Shown: positions 18,618 through 30,718, numbered from the stretch's first letter. The stretch is DNA of 64,000 bases from Terriglobia bacterium (GCA_021325275.1 JAJPHL010000070.1:3387-67386); one strand, 5' to 3'. Notes: generated by a model not told the origin, from the letters alone. Program-made: numbers and translations.

Positions 18618-20486
18618 ATGACGTTGCGCCGAATTCTTCTCGTGAGCGCCGTGTTGACGAGCGCCTCGTTGCTTGAGCCGTCGCTCGCAGGTCAAGGCGC
18701 CCCGCGCGGCCCAGGCCCGCCCCCCAGCCAAGCTACGCTCGAAGTACACGTCGCCGAAGCAGGCGGCGGACCGATCGGTCAAGCGGAAGTGAAGCTGTTT
18801 TCCGTCTATCAACCGGGTGGCTTGGCCCAGACGATCGGCGTCGGTGGATCGACCACATTCATCACGCTGGAAGGCAACTACAAGATCGAAGTTCGCGCCG
18901 CGAGTTACCGCCTGGCGCAAGAGGATGTGCTAGTGATGGGCAGCGGCACGACGCATTGTTATGTCGAGATGCGCCGCGACGACGGCTCGTCACCGCAAAA
19001 GGCATCCGACAAGCCGCGCATGCCGGAAGTGAAAGGCAAATCGCGCCAGGAGCTCGACAAAGCAATGGCGGCGATACGCGCGAATCAAATGGCCGAGGCG
19101 CAAAAGCATCTCGACTACGCGCTCAAGCACGCGAAAGACAATCCCGAGGTGCAGTACACCGCCGCGCTCTATGCCCTCGCCGTCAACGATCAAAACGGCG
19201 CGAAGACGTATCTCGACGCCGCCGTGACGCTCTTCCCCGACTACGCCGCGGCCCAGACCGTGCTCGCGGGAATCCTGCTGCAACAGGGAAAGGTGGAGGA
19301 CGCGATCCCGCATTTGCAGAAAGCGGTCGCCGTGGAACCGAATTTGTGGCGCGCTCATCGTTTCTTGAGTGAAGCGTATCTGCGCGCGAATCACGATTTG
19401 GACAAATCGAAATTTCACGCGCAGCGCGCGCTGGAATTGGGGAAGGACAAAGCCACGGGAACGGAATTAGTGCTGGCCTGGGCAGAAGCCGCCGCCGGAA
19501 ACCGAGAGGACGGACGCAAAGTGCTGGAAGCGTTCGCACACGATCATCCCTCGCATCCCGACGCCGACCGCGCGCGCAAGCTGGCCGCCGGGCCGCCGTT
19601 CGCCGCCGACGCCGTGCGCCCCGCCGCGCAGCCGGTCGCCGCTCTCGCTCCTCCACCGGCCGCCGCGCTGGTCGCGGACGTTCCCACGGGACCGATCCGC
19701 CGGATGCCGGCCTTGATCGATGCGCTCGTTCCGCCGGTCGAGCCCGGTGTCGCGTGCTCGCTGCCGGAGGTTCTCCGCGGAGCCGCGCAGCGCTCCGCCG
19801 AGTTTACCGACGCACTTCAGCGTTTTTCAGCCAACGAGGAATTTGTCCACGACGATCTCGATCAGAACGGCGCGGTGCGGAAATCCTACACCGGTACGTT
19901 TCAATATCTGGCAGCCCTGAAATGGCCGCGCCCCGACCTGATGGTCGTAAACGAAGTGCGCAGCGGCGCGACGCCGCCAACCAGCATGCCGGTGCCGTTT
20001 GTCACCGAAGGACTGCCTTCGATCGGACTCATCTTTCACGAAGCCCACGCCAAGAATTTCAATTTCACGTGCGAAGGCTTGGGACACTGGCGCGGACAGC
20101 CCGCGTGGCAAGTGCGCTTCGAGCAGCGCATGGATCGTCCCGCGCGGATCCACGATTGGTCGGAGAAAGGGCAAATCTATCCGACCATCTTGAAGGGACG
20201 CGCTTGGATCGCCTCCGGGTCATACCACGTGCTGCGCGTGGAGACGGATTTGGTGAAACCAATTCCCGAATTGCGCCTCGAACTGCATCACATGACGATC
20301 GAGTACACGCGCGTGACGGCGTCGAATGGAAAGGAACTGTGGCTGCCGTCGTACGCCGAGGTTTTCTCGCGCTTCCGCGGACGTTTCTTCCGCCAGCAAC
20401 ACGATTTCGGAAATTTCGTGCTGTTCAGCGTGGACGCTGGGGAAAAGATCAAGGAACCACCGCCCGAAAAACCGCAGCAGCCCTAG
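18618..20486 (+). CDS. secreted protein: CarbopepD_reg-like N-domain + TPR repeats + uncharacterised C-terminal domain
   Basis: Signal peptide. LEVHVAEAGGGPIGQAEVKLF...YKIEVRA beta-sandwich. About 5 TPR repeats. C-terminal ~230 aa of unknown family. Confidence 0.6.
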   Translation: MTLRRILLVSAVLTSASLLEPSLAGQGAPRGPGPPPSQATLEVHVAEAGGGPIGQAEVKLFSVYQPGGLAQTIGVGGSTTFITLEGNYKIEVRAASYRLAQEDVLVMGSGTTHCYVEMRRDDGSSPQKASDKPRMPEVKGKSRQELDKAMAAIRANQMAEAQKHLDYALKHAKDNPEVQYTAALYALAVNDQNGAKTYLDAAVTLFPDYAAAQTVLAGILLQQGKVEDAIPHLQKAVAVEPNLWRAHRFLSEAYLRANHDLDKSKFHAQRALELGKDKATGTELVLAWAEAAAGNREDGRKVLEAFAHDHPSHPDADRARKLAAGPPFAADAVRPAAQPVAALAPPPAAALVADVPTGPIRRMPALIDALVPPVEPGVACSLPEVLRGAAQRSAEFTDALQRFSANEEFVHDDLDQNGAVRKSYTGTFQYLAALKWPRPDLMVVNEVRSGATPPTSMPVPFVTEGLPSIGLIFHEAHAKNFNFTCEGLGHWRGQPAWQVRFEQRMDRPARIHDWSEKGQIYPTILKGRAWIASGSYHVLRVETDLVKPIPELRLELHHMTIEYTRVTASNGKELWLPSYAEVFSRFRGRFFRQQHDFGNFVLFSVDAGEKIKEPPPEKPQQP

Positions 20487-20872
20487 TTCAAGACGTGGAA
20501 GCCTGCGGGCGTAGTGGGGCGCTCTTTCACCGCGATCACTTCACCGGACTCGAGCATCGCGCAACCACCTTCCGCCAGCACGCGCTCCACTTCCTTCATC
20601 GGCAAGTCGCGATTCCCGAGGATCACGTGGGAGAAAAAATCTTCCTTCCAGGGAATCTCGCCGCGGTCGCTGGTGACGAACATTGCGTTATCGAGATCGC
20701 GATGCGCCGCGCGCGCCGCGCGAACATGATCGTCCGATGAGTCGAGACCGACAACGATGCCGAGGGGCACTTTTGCGGCGAGCTCACCGACAAGAACACC
20801 GTTGCCGCACGGATAGTGAAGCACACGATCGTGGGGAGACAGCGAGAGGGCGGTGAGATCCATCTGAACCAT
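20483..20872 (-). CDS. hypothetical small SAM-methyltransferase-like protein
   Basis: VLHYPCGNGVLVGELAA...IVVGLDSS resembles MTase motifs I/II. Start set at an internal Met to avoid overlapping the PEP-CTERM gene. Weak. Confidence 0.35.
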   Translation of the reverse strand: MVQMDLTALSLSPHDRVLHYPCGNGVLVGELAAKVPLGIVVGLDSSDDHVRAARAAHRDLDNAMFVTSDRGEIPWKEDFFSHVILGNRDLPMKEVERVLAEGGCAMLESGEVIAVKERPTTPAGFHVLN

Positions 20873-20939
20873 TTCAATCACAACCGCCCCCACGCTCACA
20901 AGAAGAAACCTTCCCGGCGTGCGGATTTCACCGGAACGG

Positions 20940-22124
20940 CTAGCGACTCCGCCGGCGCCGCCATCCAAACAAGAGTCCCGATCCTAGCAGCAGGAGCGTC
21001 GCCGGTTCAGGAACGCTGGTTTCCTGCGCCGCAGGTGTTGCAACGATGATGGCCGTTTCGCTTTGGCCGCCGATGTCCGGGGAACCGAGAGACGCCCAGA
21101 AAACGAGCTGGCCATTGTCGTTCAAACCGTTGTTGAAGAACAACACGTCCGAGACGGTTAAACCGAACAAGCTGTCGCCTGTGCCAACGACAAAATCAGA
21201 CAAGCTGGCCGGCCCGCCGTTCGGATCGAAGAACAGCGCGCTGCCGGCGTTACCAGTCAGCAGGAATGCGGCGTCCCCGTTGTCATTTACATTACCGTCG
21301 AGCGCCGAGCTGTACCCAGGGAAGTTGCCGATATCAGCCACCGTGGACAAACCGCCGGCGTTCGTGAAAACACCGTCGCTAACGTTGTTGTAATCCTGGC
21401 CGGCCCAGCCGATCACGCTACCCGTATCGCTGATCGAAGCGCCTCCCACACCGGAAAAAGTAGGGTTGCCAGAAGTGGTGGCCACGGTCGTCAGTGCGCC
21501 GCCATTCCCAGTGAAAACCGACTCTCCTCCGCCGTTCAACGAAGCTTGAAACGCCACCAGCCCACTACTATCGATCGCGACTCCTTGGTCGAACGAGATC
21601 CCTCCGGCGCTGGAGTTTGAGGCGATGGTTGTCGTGGTGGTGCCGTCACTCGCAATGACGGAACTGACGTTGCCGGCCAGCGATTGGAAAAAGGCCACAA
21701 CCCCTGCGTCGTTGATCGACAACCCATCGCCGAGCGTGCGCTGTGAAGGCCCGGAAATCACGGTGGTCGTGGTACCGTCTCCAGCGAGAACGCTGGCATT
21801 TCCGCCTCCGTTTAGAACCGGATAGGCGACCAGTCCGTTGTTGTTGATATCCGGGTTGCCTAAGCCGTTCCCACTGCTGGTGGCAATGGTCGTCGAAGTA
21901 ACGCCATTCGAAGCAATGATCGAATTCGAGCCGTTGCCTTGAACCCAATAGGCAACCGTGCCGGAATTGTTGATGGCCGGCCGCTGCCCAAGAAGGCACT
22001 CGGCGGCGACGGGGCCACACGTGGCAATCGCCGTGAATGTGAAGGATTCAGCGAACGTCATCGGGGCGGCGATAGCAACCAGCCCCAGGACCAGAAACCC
22101 ATAGCGCAATCTAAAAGCCGTCAT
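20940..22124 (-). CDS. PEP-CTERM sorting-domain protein (exosortase substrate) with ~7 internal Thr/Asn/Gly-rich repeats
   Basis: C-terminal VPEPATLLLLGSGLLFGWRRRRSR. Signal peptide MTAFRLRYGFLVLGLVAIAAPMTFA after a GGAGG RBS. Repeats of the form DGTTTTVI...LGDG.SIND.GVVAF. Confidence 0.85.
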   Translation of the reverse strand: MTAFRLRYGFLVLGLVAIAAPMTFAESFTFTAIATCGPVAAECLLGQRPAINNSGTVAYWVQGNGSNSIIASNGVTSTTIATSSGNGLGNPDINNNGLVAYPVLNGGGNASVLAGDGTTTTVISGPSQRTLGDGLSINDAGVVAFFQSLAGNVSSVIASDGTTTTTIASNSSAGGISFDQGVAIDSSGLVAFQASLNGGGESVFTGNGGALTTVATTSGNPTFSGVGGASISDTGSVIGWAGQDYNNVSDGVFTNAGGLSTVADIGNFPGYSSALDGNVNDNGDAAFLLTGNAGSALFFDPNGGPASLSDFVVGTGDSLFGLTVSDVLFFNNGLNDNGQLVFWASLGSPDIGGQSETAIIVATPAAQETSVPEPATLLLLGSGLLFGWRRRRSR

Positions 22125-22286
22125 GTTATCGACCTCCAAGGTAAGACTTCCAACATAGTCCACCGCAAGTTGCGGGGACGGCATTGAGAATGGCCGATTC
22201 GGCCCCGCGAAGTAAGGGAAAACAACCGTAAGAACGTTGAAATTTTGCTGAAAGAAAGGTTTTCTACGTCGGACACCAGTCTGAAA

Positions 22287-22367
22287 CCACAAAAGACACA
22301 AAGGACACAAAGAAAACCTCGTTAGCCGACCTAACTGGTTTTCTTTGTGTCCTTTGTGTCTTTGTGG
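22287..22367. repeat. long imperfect palindrome/hairpin element A (~31-bp arms, 18-nt loop) between thiC and the PEP-CTERM gene
   Basis: CCACAAAAGACACAAAGGACACAAAGAAAACC / loop TCGTTAGCCGACCTAACT / GGTTTTCTTTGTGTCCTTTGTGTCTTTGTGG, with a single bulge. Coordinates ±2. Confidence 0.7.
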
Positions 22368-22454
22368 TTCAATTCGGGTGGTTCAATTCGGGTGGTTCAA
22401 TTCGGGTGGTTCAATTCGGGTGGTTCAAATTCGGGTGGGTTCAATTCGGGTGGC

Positions 22455-22455
<1 letters not shown>
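22366..22455. repeat. tandem repeat, 14-bp unit GGTTCAATTCGGGT x ~6.5, abutting the thiC stop codon
   Basis: Direct reading. Two units carry 1-nt insertions. The last unit degenerates into the final thiC codons. Coordinates ±2. Confidence 0.8.
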
Positions 22456-23870
<1,415 letters not shown>

Positions 23871-24314
23871 TTAGTTCGGCCGCTGCCGCCGTATGTTTTC
23901 GAGCAACTTGGCGTCCACCGGCTTGCGCCCGGCGAATCCTTCTTCGATGTCGTGCCAGAAACCGATGCGCGGCTCGCCGATTTTCCAGCAAAGATACACT
24001 TCGTGATCCTCTACCAGGCAGGGAAAATCCACCAAGCCCGTGTCGAGGTCCTTCAGCAACACGCCGCTCTCTTGAAATTTCTTTAAGCCAGCTTCCAGTG
24101 AGGCCAGCGATTTGTCTTTTTCCGATTTGTGGCGGGATAGCGCGGCGTGATCGGGAATCATACCGCCGGACATCATGACTTTCGTCCGCGCTTGGCTGAT
24201 GAACTCTTCGGCGTCCATGGCGGCTTGCCGGGAATCCTGGATTGCGCGCAGCATTTGCTCCACGCGCGGCAGCATTTCCTCGGCTTCGTCGTAGCTGAAG
24301 AATCGATCGGCCAT
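23871..24314 (-). CDS. DUF2203 family protein
   Basis: MADRFFSYDEAEEMLPRVEQML... matches the DUF2203 N-terminal pattern. 27-nt gap to thiC. Confidence 0.6.
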   Translation of the reverse strand: MADRFFSYDEAEEMLPRVEQMLRAIQDSRQAAMDAEEFISQARTKVMMSGGMIPDHAALSRHKSEKDKSLASLEAGLKKFQESGVLLKDLDTGLVDFPCLVEDHEVYLCWKIGEPRIGFWHDIEEGFAGRKPVDAKLLENIRRQRPN

Positions 24315-24382
24315 GGAGCTATTGTAGCAGGAAGTAGCACTCGACGACGCGGGGCGTTCCGCGTCCAGCAGCGGTGCACAGG

Positions 24383-25180
24383 CTATTCCAATTTCGCATC
24401 GAGCAAGGCCAGGTACACAGCAACCAAGCGATATGTGGCGTAGTAGTCGTCGAAACGCAGCACCTTCATGGTGTCGTCAGTCCGGTGCACTACGCGCCAG
24501 GTGTCAGCCGTCAGCGAGTGAATCGTGATCGCAGGAATGTGCGCATTACGAAACGGCTCGGAATCCGTGCGGCCTGCACTGTCTGTGTTTACGCCTTGTA
24601 GCGGTGAGCCAGTGGAGTTCGCCGCTGACGTTAGCAACTGAAGCAACCGGGGATCAGCGTGGCCCGCCCAAACCTTGGTCGGTGCAAGACCCAGCGTGTC
24701 CAAATTGACCATTGCGCGAACTGCGCCTGCCTGCTGGCTAGTGAGGTTCTTGACGTAAGACTCCGAGCCAATCTGGCGGCTCTCTTCGTCGGTAAATCCC
24801 ACGAACACGAACGTGTGATGGCGCTGGCCCGAGTTCAGGCTTTCGTAAAGACTCGGCAACAATGAGGCGCCACTCCAGTTGTCCAGCACATGACCCCTCG
24901 ACGAGAAATCGAAGTGCGAGCCGACGACAATTTGCTCGGGAACCTCGCCCGGCAGCACACAAACTAAGTTGGGCACCTTCTGGCGTTTCACCGGCTGCTC
25001 AGACAAGTCCTTGCAGCCGGATTCCCTGAACAATACTTTGAGCGCCGCTTCGCGCTTGGCGTCATCGTCGCCGCGTTGACGCAAACGCGCCTGGATCACC
25101 GGTCTTTCAAGAGGAGTGAATTGGAGTTGGACCTGCTGCCAGGCAAACAACAGCAGCAAGAGGAAACATGCGCTACTCAA
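24383..25180 (-). CDS. M28 family zinc peptidase (aminopeptidase-like)
   Basis: Signal peptide. HFDS...GFTDEE...MVNLD...H spacing of M28 metal ligands. Confidence 0.7.
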   Translation of the reverse strand: MSSACFLLLLLFAWQQVQLQFTPLERPVIQARLRQRGDDDAKREAALKVLFRESGCKDLSEQPVKRQKVPNLVCVLPGEVPEQIVVGSHFDFSSRGHVLDNWSGASLLPSLYESLNSGQRHHTFVFVGFTDEESRQIGSESYVKNLTSQQAGAVRAMVNLDTLGLAPTKVWAGHADPRLLQLLTSAANSTGSPLQGVNTDSAGRTDSEPFRNAHIPAITIHSLTADTWRVVHRTDDTMKVLRFDDYYATYRLVAVYLALLDAKLE

Positions 25181-27068
25181 CCGGCAAAGACCCCGTGTTA
25201 CTCACGCGACTTCCTGAACCCACCACCACCGGGACCTCACCGCGCACGCCCGCGGGCACACGCACCACAATCGCGCTGACGCCGTCTTGCGGCGCGCTCA
25301 CCGCAATGACCTGCGCCCCAACTCCGCCAATGGAAACTTCAACGTCCGACGTTTGCGGATTCACACCGAGTCCCGAAAGATGCAAGCGCAACAGATCGCC
25401 GGAATGCGCGGGATTCCCGCCGCCGACCACCGATTGGTCCGACGCCCGCTCGGCGACCACCGTTCCGCGGCCATCTTCGGACAGCGTGAACAATCCCGGC
25501 GCGGTCGCCACAACTTGGGCGGTGATTGCGACGCCGGGGCGTCCCAAATTCTCCACCGTAATTTGCGCGGGACCCAGCGGCGTGTCGTTGGGAATCAGGA
25601 AATTCACTTGTTCCGGCGACGCGTAGAGGATTCGCGCGGCGACCCCGTTCACCATCACTTGCGCGCCGGCCAAGGTCGTGAGCGATCCTGTCGCGGCCGC
25701 CGCATCACCCGCGAGTTGCGAGCCGAGCACCGTGACCACCGATCCCGGCGCGATCGCCTCATTTTCTCCGAGCGACGCCGCGTTCATCACGCCGCGGCGG
25801 TCCGGTTTCGGCTCGAGCGGACGCAGCACGTACAAACCGAAATTGATGTCGCTCGCCACCACCAAATTCCGTTCCGGCTGTGTCACCACGCTCCAAACTT
25901 GCGCCTTGTTTCCGAAGACGCCGTATGGATCGGGCGTATCGGGCGGCACATACGACGCCACTTCTCGCGGTGCGCGTGGGTCGCCGAGATCCACCACGCG
26001 GACGCCATCGCTGTACCAGGAAAGATAGCCATAGGCGCCATCGAGGCGCGCGTCGCGAATGCTGTAGACGCCCGAATCGGCCGGGCCATTGGTGCGATCG
26101 GTGTGCGCGTTCGCCGTGAGAAACGCGCTAACTTGGCGCGGTCGCGCGGGATCGGCCACGTCGTAAACACGCAAGTATCCCCAGTCGCCGTAACCTTCGC
26201 TGCCCGATCCTGGATCGAGCTGCTCACTTGCTTCGAGCATCAACCGATTGTCGCGCGACACCGCGACGCTGTGCGCCGGCGATTCCCCGGCCGCCGCCGC
26301 GTCGGTGCGTCCAACGATCCGCGGATTCGTGGGATCGGAAATGTCGAGCAGTATCACGCCCGCATTCCAGTAGGAAACGTAGGCGAGTTGTCCGTCGGAA
26401 GATCCGCGCACGCTTGGCGCAAATTTTGAGGACGACGGGGCTTCCGGTAAGGTCCAGTCGGAGAGTTGGCGCGGGTGGGTCGGATCGGTGGCATCGACGA
26501 TCCGCACGCGCGTCATGGTCGCGAGCAGCATTAGGACGCGCCCGTCGGAGCGTCCTGTAACAAGATCAAGCTCATGAACGCCGCGGCTTTCCGATCCCGT
26601 ATCGAAAAATGAAAGCAAATGCGGATTGCGCGGATCGCTTACGTCGTACAATTCCGCGCCGCGACGCGCAGCCGTCTGCGTTCCCCGGCAGCTTTCGAGT
26701 CCTACGGCCAGAAGATCGCCGCGAAACGCCCCGCGATCGACGGGACGCACCACAACATCTTCGGTGCTGGTGTTGGGATATGCGGCAAGACGCTGGATCA
26801 ATCGTGGAGTCGAGGGCGCTGTGAGATCGACCACTTTCACGCCGAGTCCAGGACACGCTGTTGGCGTTCCCCACGTGCCGACGTACGCGGTGTTGCGCTC
26901 CACCCACACCCCAGCGTTGAAGCCGGGACCAAGCGGCAGTTGCCCCACCAGCTCCAAATTGTGGATTTCAGGAGCTGCCCAGGCAGTAGCGCAAAAAACC
27001 CCAGCGGCCACGCACACCTTTAGCCAGGACCGCATAACTTCAGAATACCCCAAAATCGCCTGCTGCAA
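25173..27068 (-). CDS. LVIVD-repeat beta-propeller protein with Solibacter C-terminal domain (TIGR03437-like)
   Basis: Repeated ...YVSYWNAGVILLDISDPTNPR... units. C-terminal ...QVMVNGVAARILYASPEQVNFLIPND...TVEN... domain. The start may be the internal Met at 27035 (signal peptide MRSWLKVCVAAGVFCATAWA). Confidence 0.7.
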   Translation of the reverse strand: MQQAILGYSEVMRSWLKVCVAAGVFCATAWAAPEIHNLELVGQLPLGPGFNAGVWVERNTAYVGTWGTPTACPGLGVKVVDLTAPSTPRLIQRLAAYPNTSTEDVVVRPVDRGAFRGDLLAVGLESCRGTQTAARRGAELYDVSDPRNPHLLSFFDTGSESRGVHELDLVTGRSDGRVLMLLATMTRVRIVDATDPTHPRQLSDWTLPEAPSSSKFAPSVRGSSDGQLAYVSYWNAGVILLDISDPTNPRIVGRTDAAAAGESPAHSVAVSRDNRLMLEASEQLDPGSGSEGYGDWGYLRVYDVADPARPRQVSAFLTANAHTDRTNGPADSGVYSIRDARLDGAYGYLSWYSDGVRVVDLGDPRAPREVASYVPPDTPDPYGVFGNKAQVWSVVTQPERNLVVASDINFGLYVLRPLEPKPDRRGVMNAASLGENEAIAPGSVVTVLGSQLAGDAAAATGSLTTLAGAQVMVNGVAARILYASPEQVNFLIPNDTPLGPAQITVENLGRPGVAITAQVVATAPGLFTLSEDGRGTVVAERASDQSVVGGGNPAHSGDLLRLHLSGLGVNPQTSDVEVSIGGVGAQVIAVSAPQDGVSAIVVRVPAGVRGEVPVVVGSGSRVSNTGSLPVE

Positions 27069-27112
27069 AACGGGCGTTGGAAAGCTGTACCGTTATGGGT
27101 ATCATCTAGCGC

Positions 27113-27706
27113 ATGCCTGTCAAATCGGACGCCTGGATTATCAAAATGTGCCGCGAGCGCGGCATGATCGAGCCGTTCCTTCCCGAGTTGCTGCGCACCG
27201 TCGAGGGGCGGCGGATCATCAGCGCGGGCGCGTCCAGCTACGGCTACGACATCCGGCTGTCGGCGGAACATGGCTTCAAGATTTTCTCGCCGGTGTACGC
27301 CGGCATCGTCGATCCGAAGCGATTCGACGAACGCACGCTGCTCGACGCGCCGATGTACAAGGACGACGACGGCAGCAAATATTTCCTGATGCCGCCGCAC
27401 AGTTACGCGCTCGGGCTGACAATGGAATACTTCCGCATTCCGCGCGAGGTCCTGGGATTGTGTCACGGCAAAAGCACCTACGCGCGCTGCGGCGTGATCG
27501 TCAACACGACGCCGCTGGAACCGGAATGGGTGGGACACCTGGTGCTCGAGTTTTCCAACTCCAGTGCGACGTCGGTGCGGATTTACGCCGAGGAAGGCGT
27601 GTCGCAAGTGATCTTCCTGGAAGGAAGCGAGATTTGCTCGACCAGTTACGCGGATCGCGCGGGGAAATATCAGGATCAGCGGAAAATCGTGTCCGCGAAG
27701 TTATAG
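27113..27706 (+). CDS. dcd: dCTP deaminase
   Basis: Full-length match to Dcd (IIKMCRERGMIEPF..., GYDIRL, VLEFSN). Confidence 0.92.
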   Translation: MPVKSDAWIIKMCRERGMIEPFLPELLRTVEGRRIISAGASSYGYDIRLSAEHGFKIFSPVYAGIVDPKRFDERTLLDAPMYKDDDGSKYFLMPPHSYALGLTMEYFRIPREVLGLCHGKSTYARCGVIVNTTPLEPEWVGHLVLEFSNSSATSVRIYAEEGVSQVIFLEGSEICSTSYADRAGKYQDQRKIVSAKL

Positions 27707-27729
27707 TTTAAGACAAACGGTTTTCTTTA

Positions 27730-27807
27730 CCGCAGAGACGCAGAAGCGCAGAGAGAACCTGATTCTCGCGTATGCTTGGTTTTCTCTGCGTCTCTGCGTC
27801 TCTGCGG
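27730..27807. repeat. long imperfect palindrome/hairpin element B (30-bp arms, 18-nt loop) between the convergent dcd and SDR genes. Related to element A.
   Basis: CCGCAGAGACGCAGAAGCGCAGAGAGAACC / loop TGATTCTCGCGTATGCTT / GGTTTTCTCTGCGTCTCTGCGTCTCTGCGG. An additional outer GGTTTTCTTT...GAAAAAACC pairing extends the structure to ~27718-27817. Confidence 0.7.
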
Positions 27808-27817
27808 TGAAAAAACC

Positions 27818-28591
27818 CTATCGGGATCGGAATTTCCTCATTCCACGGAGCCACCTGTCATAATCCGTGGCCTTTCTACGGAAATACTCCGCAACCTCAG
27901 GATGCGGCAGGATCAAGAATCTTTCTTCCGCCAATCCCGCGATGACCGCGTCGGCCAATTCCTCCGGCGAGATCGAGCCATCCTGCAAAAATCCGCCGAC
28001 ACTGGAGCGGGTCCCCTCGCGCATCAACATCGGCGTGCGCACGCCTTGCGGACACAAGCACGACACGCGAATGCCGCGATCGCCGTACGTAATCGCCAGC
28101 CATTCGGCGAACGACACGGCCGCGTGCTTCGTGACCGAGTACGGCGCGGAGTCCGCTTGCGTTAAAAGGCCCGCCGCCGACGCCGTATTCAGCAAGTATC
28201 CTCCGCCGCGCGCCAACATCGAGGGCAGCGCGGCGCGCGCCGCGTACACGTGGGCCATCAAGTTCACTTCCCAGATGCGCTGCCAATCTTCGTTGCTCGC
28301 CTCTTCCCCGCCCCCGATCGCGATGCCGGCGTTCGAGCAGAACAAATCGATTGGTCCGAAACGCTCGATGTTCTCGTTCACGAGTTGCGCGACTTGCGAT
28401 TCATCGCGGACGTCGACGCGCGCCGCGAGGGCGACCGCGCCAATCTCACGTGCGACAGCCGCGGCGCCATCGCCGTTGAAATCCGCGACCACCACAGCGC
28501 GCGCGCCTTCCGCCGCGAATCGCCGCGAAAGAGCCGCGCCAATGCCGCTCGCGCCGCCGGTAACTACCGCAACTTTGCCCGCGAGCTTCAT
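27818..28591 (-). CDS. SDR family oxidoreductase
   Basis: [12 protein letters not shown] Rossmann motif and the YxxxK region. Confidence 0.85.
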   Translation of the reverse strand: MKLAGKVAVVTGGASGIGAALSRRFAAEGARAVVVADFNGDGAAAVAREIGAVALAARVDVRDESQVAQLVNENIERFGPIDLFCSNAGIAIGGGEEASNEDWQRIWEVNLMAHVYAARAALPSMLARGGGYLLNTASAAGLLTQADSAPYSVTKHAAVSFAEWLAITYGDRGIRVSCLCPQGVRTPMLMREGTRSSVGGFLQDGSISPEELADAVIAGLAEERFLILPHPEVAEYFRRKATDYDRWLRGMRKFRSR

Positions 28592-28594
28592 GGC

Positions 28595-29407
28595 TTATTT
28601 TCCTGTGAATCGCGGAGCGCGCTTTTCGCGGAAATGCGTGACGCCTTCCTTGAAGTCGTCGCTTTGGAAGCTCGCGAGCATTTCGCGGAAACTCAAATCG
28701 ATCGCGTCACCGAGATTCTGGAAATTCGCTTCGTAGATTTGCCGCTTCATCACCGCCAGCGATCGCGGCGACGTGGTCGCGGCGAGTTCCGCGGCCCAAG
28801 CCTGCACCGCGCCGAGAAAATTTTCCTCCGGCAACACGCGCGACACGAGTCCCGCGAGCAGCGCCTCGGCCGCATCGACATTCCGCGCCGTGAAAGACCA
28901 ATCAATCGTCGCCGGCATGCCGATAATCTTTGGCAAGATCCATGCCAAACCATATTCGGCCACCAGTCCGCGCTTCGAAAAGATCGTCGAGAAGAGCGCT
29001 TTCTCGCTGGCGATGCGAATGTCGCAGTAAAGCGGCAGCACAAAACCAAATCCCACTGCGGGACCATTCACCGCCGCGATGATCGGCTTGGGAATCGAGA
29101 AGAGCCACGCGAGTTTGCGGTGAAAATCCTCGCGGACGCCGGCGTCAAGCTCCACGTGCCCCATGATGTCGGCGCGACGGCCTTGTGTGAGCGCGCTCAG
29201 CAGACTCATGTCCGCGCCGGCGCAGAATCCGCGGCCCGCGCCGGTAAGTACGATCGCGCGGACACGCTCGTCGCGCGCGGCGTCGCGAAACGCTTCACTC
29301 GATTCCTGGTCCATTTTCACAGTCCAGGCATTGAGCTTTTCCGGGCGATTCAGCGTGATCGTCGCGACCTGATCCGATACATCGTAGAGAACCTCATCCC
29401 AAGCCAT
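28595..29407 (-). CDS. enoyl-CoA hydratase/isomerase (crotonase) family protein
   Basis: ITLNRPEKLNA...GAGRGFCAGADM oxyanion-hole motifs. Confidence 0.85.
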   Translation of the reverse strand: MAWDEVLYDVSDQVATITLNRPEKLNAWTVKMDQESSEAFRDAARDERVRAIVLTGAGRGFCAGADMSLLSALTQGRRADIMGHVELDAGVREDFHRKLAWLFSIPKPIIAAVNGPAVGFGFVLPLYCDIRIASEKALFSTIFSKRGLVAEYGLAWILPKIIGMPATIDWSFTARNVDAAEALLAGLVSRVLPEENFLGAVQAWAAELAATTSPRSLAVMKRQIYEANFQNLGDAIDLSFREMLASFQSDDFKEGVTHFREKRAPRFTGK

Positions 29408-29459
29408 GGCGGTAGTCTATCGCACGCGCTTAGGATAGACTGAAACATTCAACGATCCA

Positions 29460-30650
29460 ATGAAAGCCGCCACACAACAGATCCTGAACCGCTTCGCTCG
29501 CACCACGGAGGAAGTGTACAACCTCGACGAGTTCCGCGACCGCCTGGAGACGGGACGCCCGCTGAAGGTGAAGTACGGTGTGGACGTCACCGCGCCGTTC
29601 TTGCACATTGGACACGCCGTGAATTTGTGGATGCAGCGCGAAATGCAGGAGCACGGCCACGTGGTGCAATTCCTGATCGGCGATTTCACCACGCGCATCG
29701 GGGATCCCACGGGAAAATCGAAAGTGCGCCCGGTGATTCCACCCGAGCAGATCGAACACAACGCGCAGGAGTTCATCCGTCAGGTTTCCGCGGTTTTGCT
29801 CACCGATCCCGCGGTGTTCGAAGTGCGCCGCAATTCCGATTGGTTCGGCAAGATGCCGGCGGAAGAATTCCTGAAGCTGCTCTCGATGGTGACGCATTCG
29901 AAACTCATCGCCCGCGACATGTTCCAGCGCCGCATCTCCGCCGGCGACGAGATTTATCTGCACGAAATGCTCTATCCCGTGCTGCAGGGCTACGATTCGA
30001 AGATGCTCGAATCGGACCTCACGATCGTCGGAACGGATCAGCTTTTCAACGAACTGATGGGGCGATTCTTTCAGGAACGCTTCGGCCAGCCGCCGCAAGT
30101 GGTGATAACCACGCGCATCACGCCGGGCACCGACGGCATCGAGAAGCAATCGAAGAGCCTGGGCAATTACATCGCACTGGCCGATACGCCGCGCGACAAG
30201 TTTGGCAAGATCATGAGCATTCCGGACGCCTTGATGCTCAGCTACTACGAGGTGTACACGCTCGTGGACTTAGCGGAGCTCGAGCCATTGCGCGCCGCGC
30301 GCATCGACGATCCCATGAGTTGGAAAAAACGGCTGGCGCGCGAGATTGTCGCGCGCTATCACGGCGAGCAAATCGGCGCGCAAGAGGAAGAGTGGTTCAC
30401 CAGCACGTTCTCGAAGAAGACCGCGCCGACCGATGCGCGCGAAGTAAAAGTGACGCCAGGCATGACCTGGATCGAGTTGCTGCGCCGCGAACTGCCGGAT
30501 CGCTCTGCTAGCGAATTGCGACGTTTGGTGCAGCAGGGCGCCGTGCGTCTCGACGGCGAGAAGATCGCGAGCGAAAAGTCGCCGGTGGAGTGGAACGGTG
30601 ATGGCATGGTGAAGGTCGGTAAGTTGACGTGGTTCCGTTTGGTGAGATAA
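29460..30650 (+). CDS. tyrS: tyrosine--tRNA ligase (class I, with C-terminal S4 domain)
   Basis: HIGH motif (FLHIGHAV), KMSKS-like KQSKS, C-terminal S4-like [18 protein letters not shown]. Confidence 0.8.
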   Translation: MKAATQQILNRFARTTEEVYNLDEFRDRLETGRPLKVKYGVDVTAPFLHIGHAVNLWMQREMQEHGHVVQFLIGDFTTRIGDPTGKSKVRPVIPPEQIEHNAQEFIRQVSAVLLTDPAVFEVRRNSDWFGKMPAEEFLKLLSMVTHSKLIARDMFQRRISAGDEIYLHEMLYPVLQGYDSKMLESDLTIVGTDQLFNELMGRFFQERFGQPPQVVITTRITPGTDGIEKQSKSLGNYIALADTPRDKFGKIMSIPDALMLSYYEVYTLVDLAELEPLRAARIDDPMSWKKRLAREIVARYHGEQIGAQEEEWFTSTFSKKTAPTDAREVKVTPGMTWIELLRRELPDRSASELRRLVQQGAVRLDGEKIASEKSPVEWNGDGMVKVGKLTWFRLVR

Positions 30651-30718
30651 CGCGAAGCGTGGCGGATTGGAACACGGAAGGCACGGAAAACAACACACGG
30701 AAGAACGCGGAAAAAACA

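Noticed and set aside
19754-20740. 328-aa plus-strand ORF overlapping the 3' half of the TPR-protein gene
   Set aside because: Out-of-frame overlap with a longer, compositionally sensible gene. Arg/Ala-rich translation.
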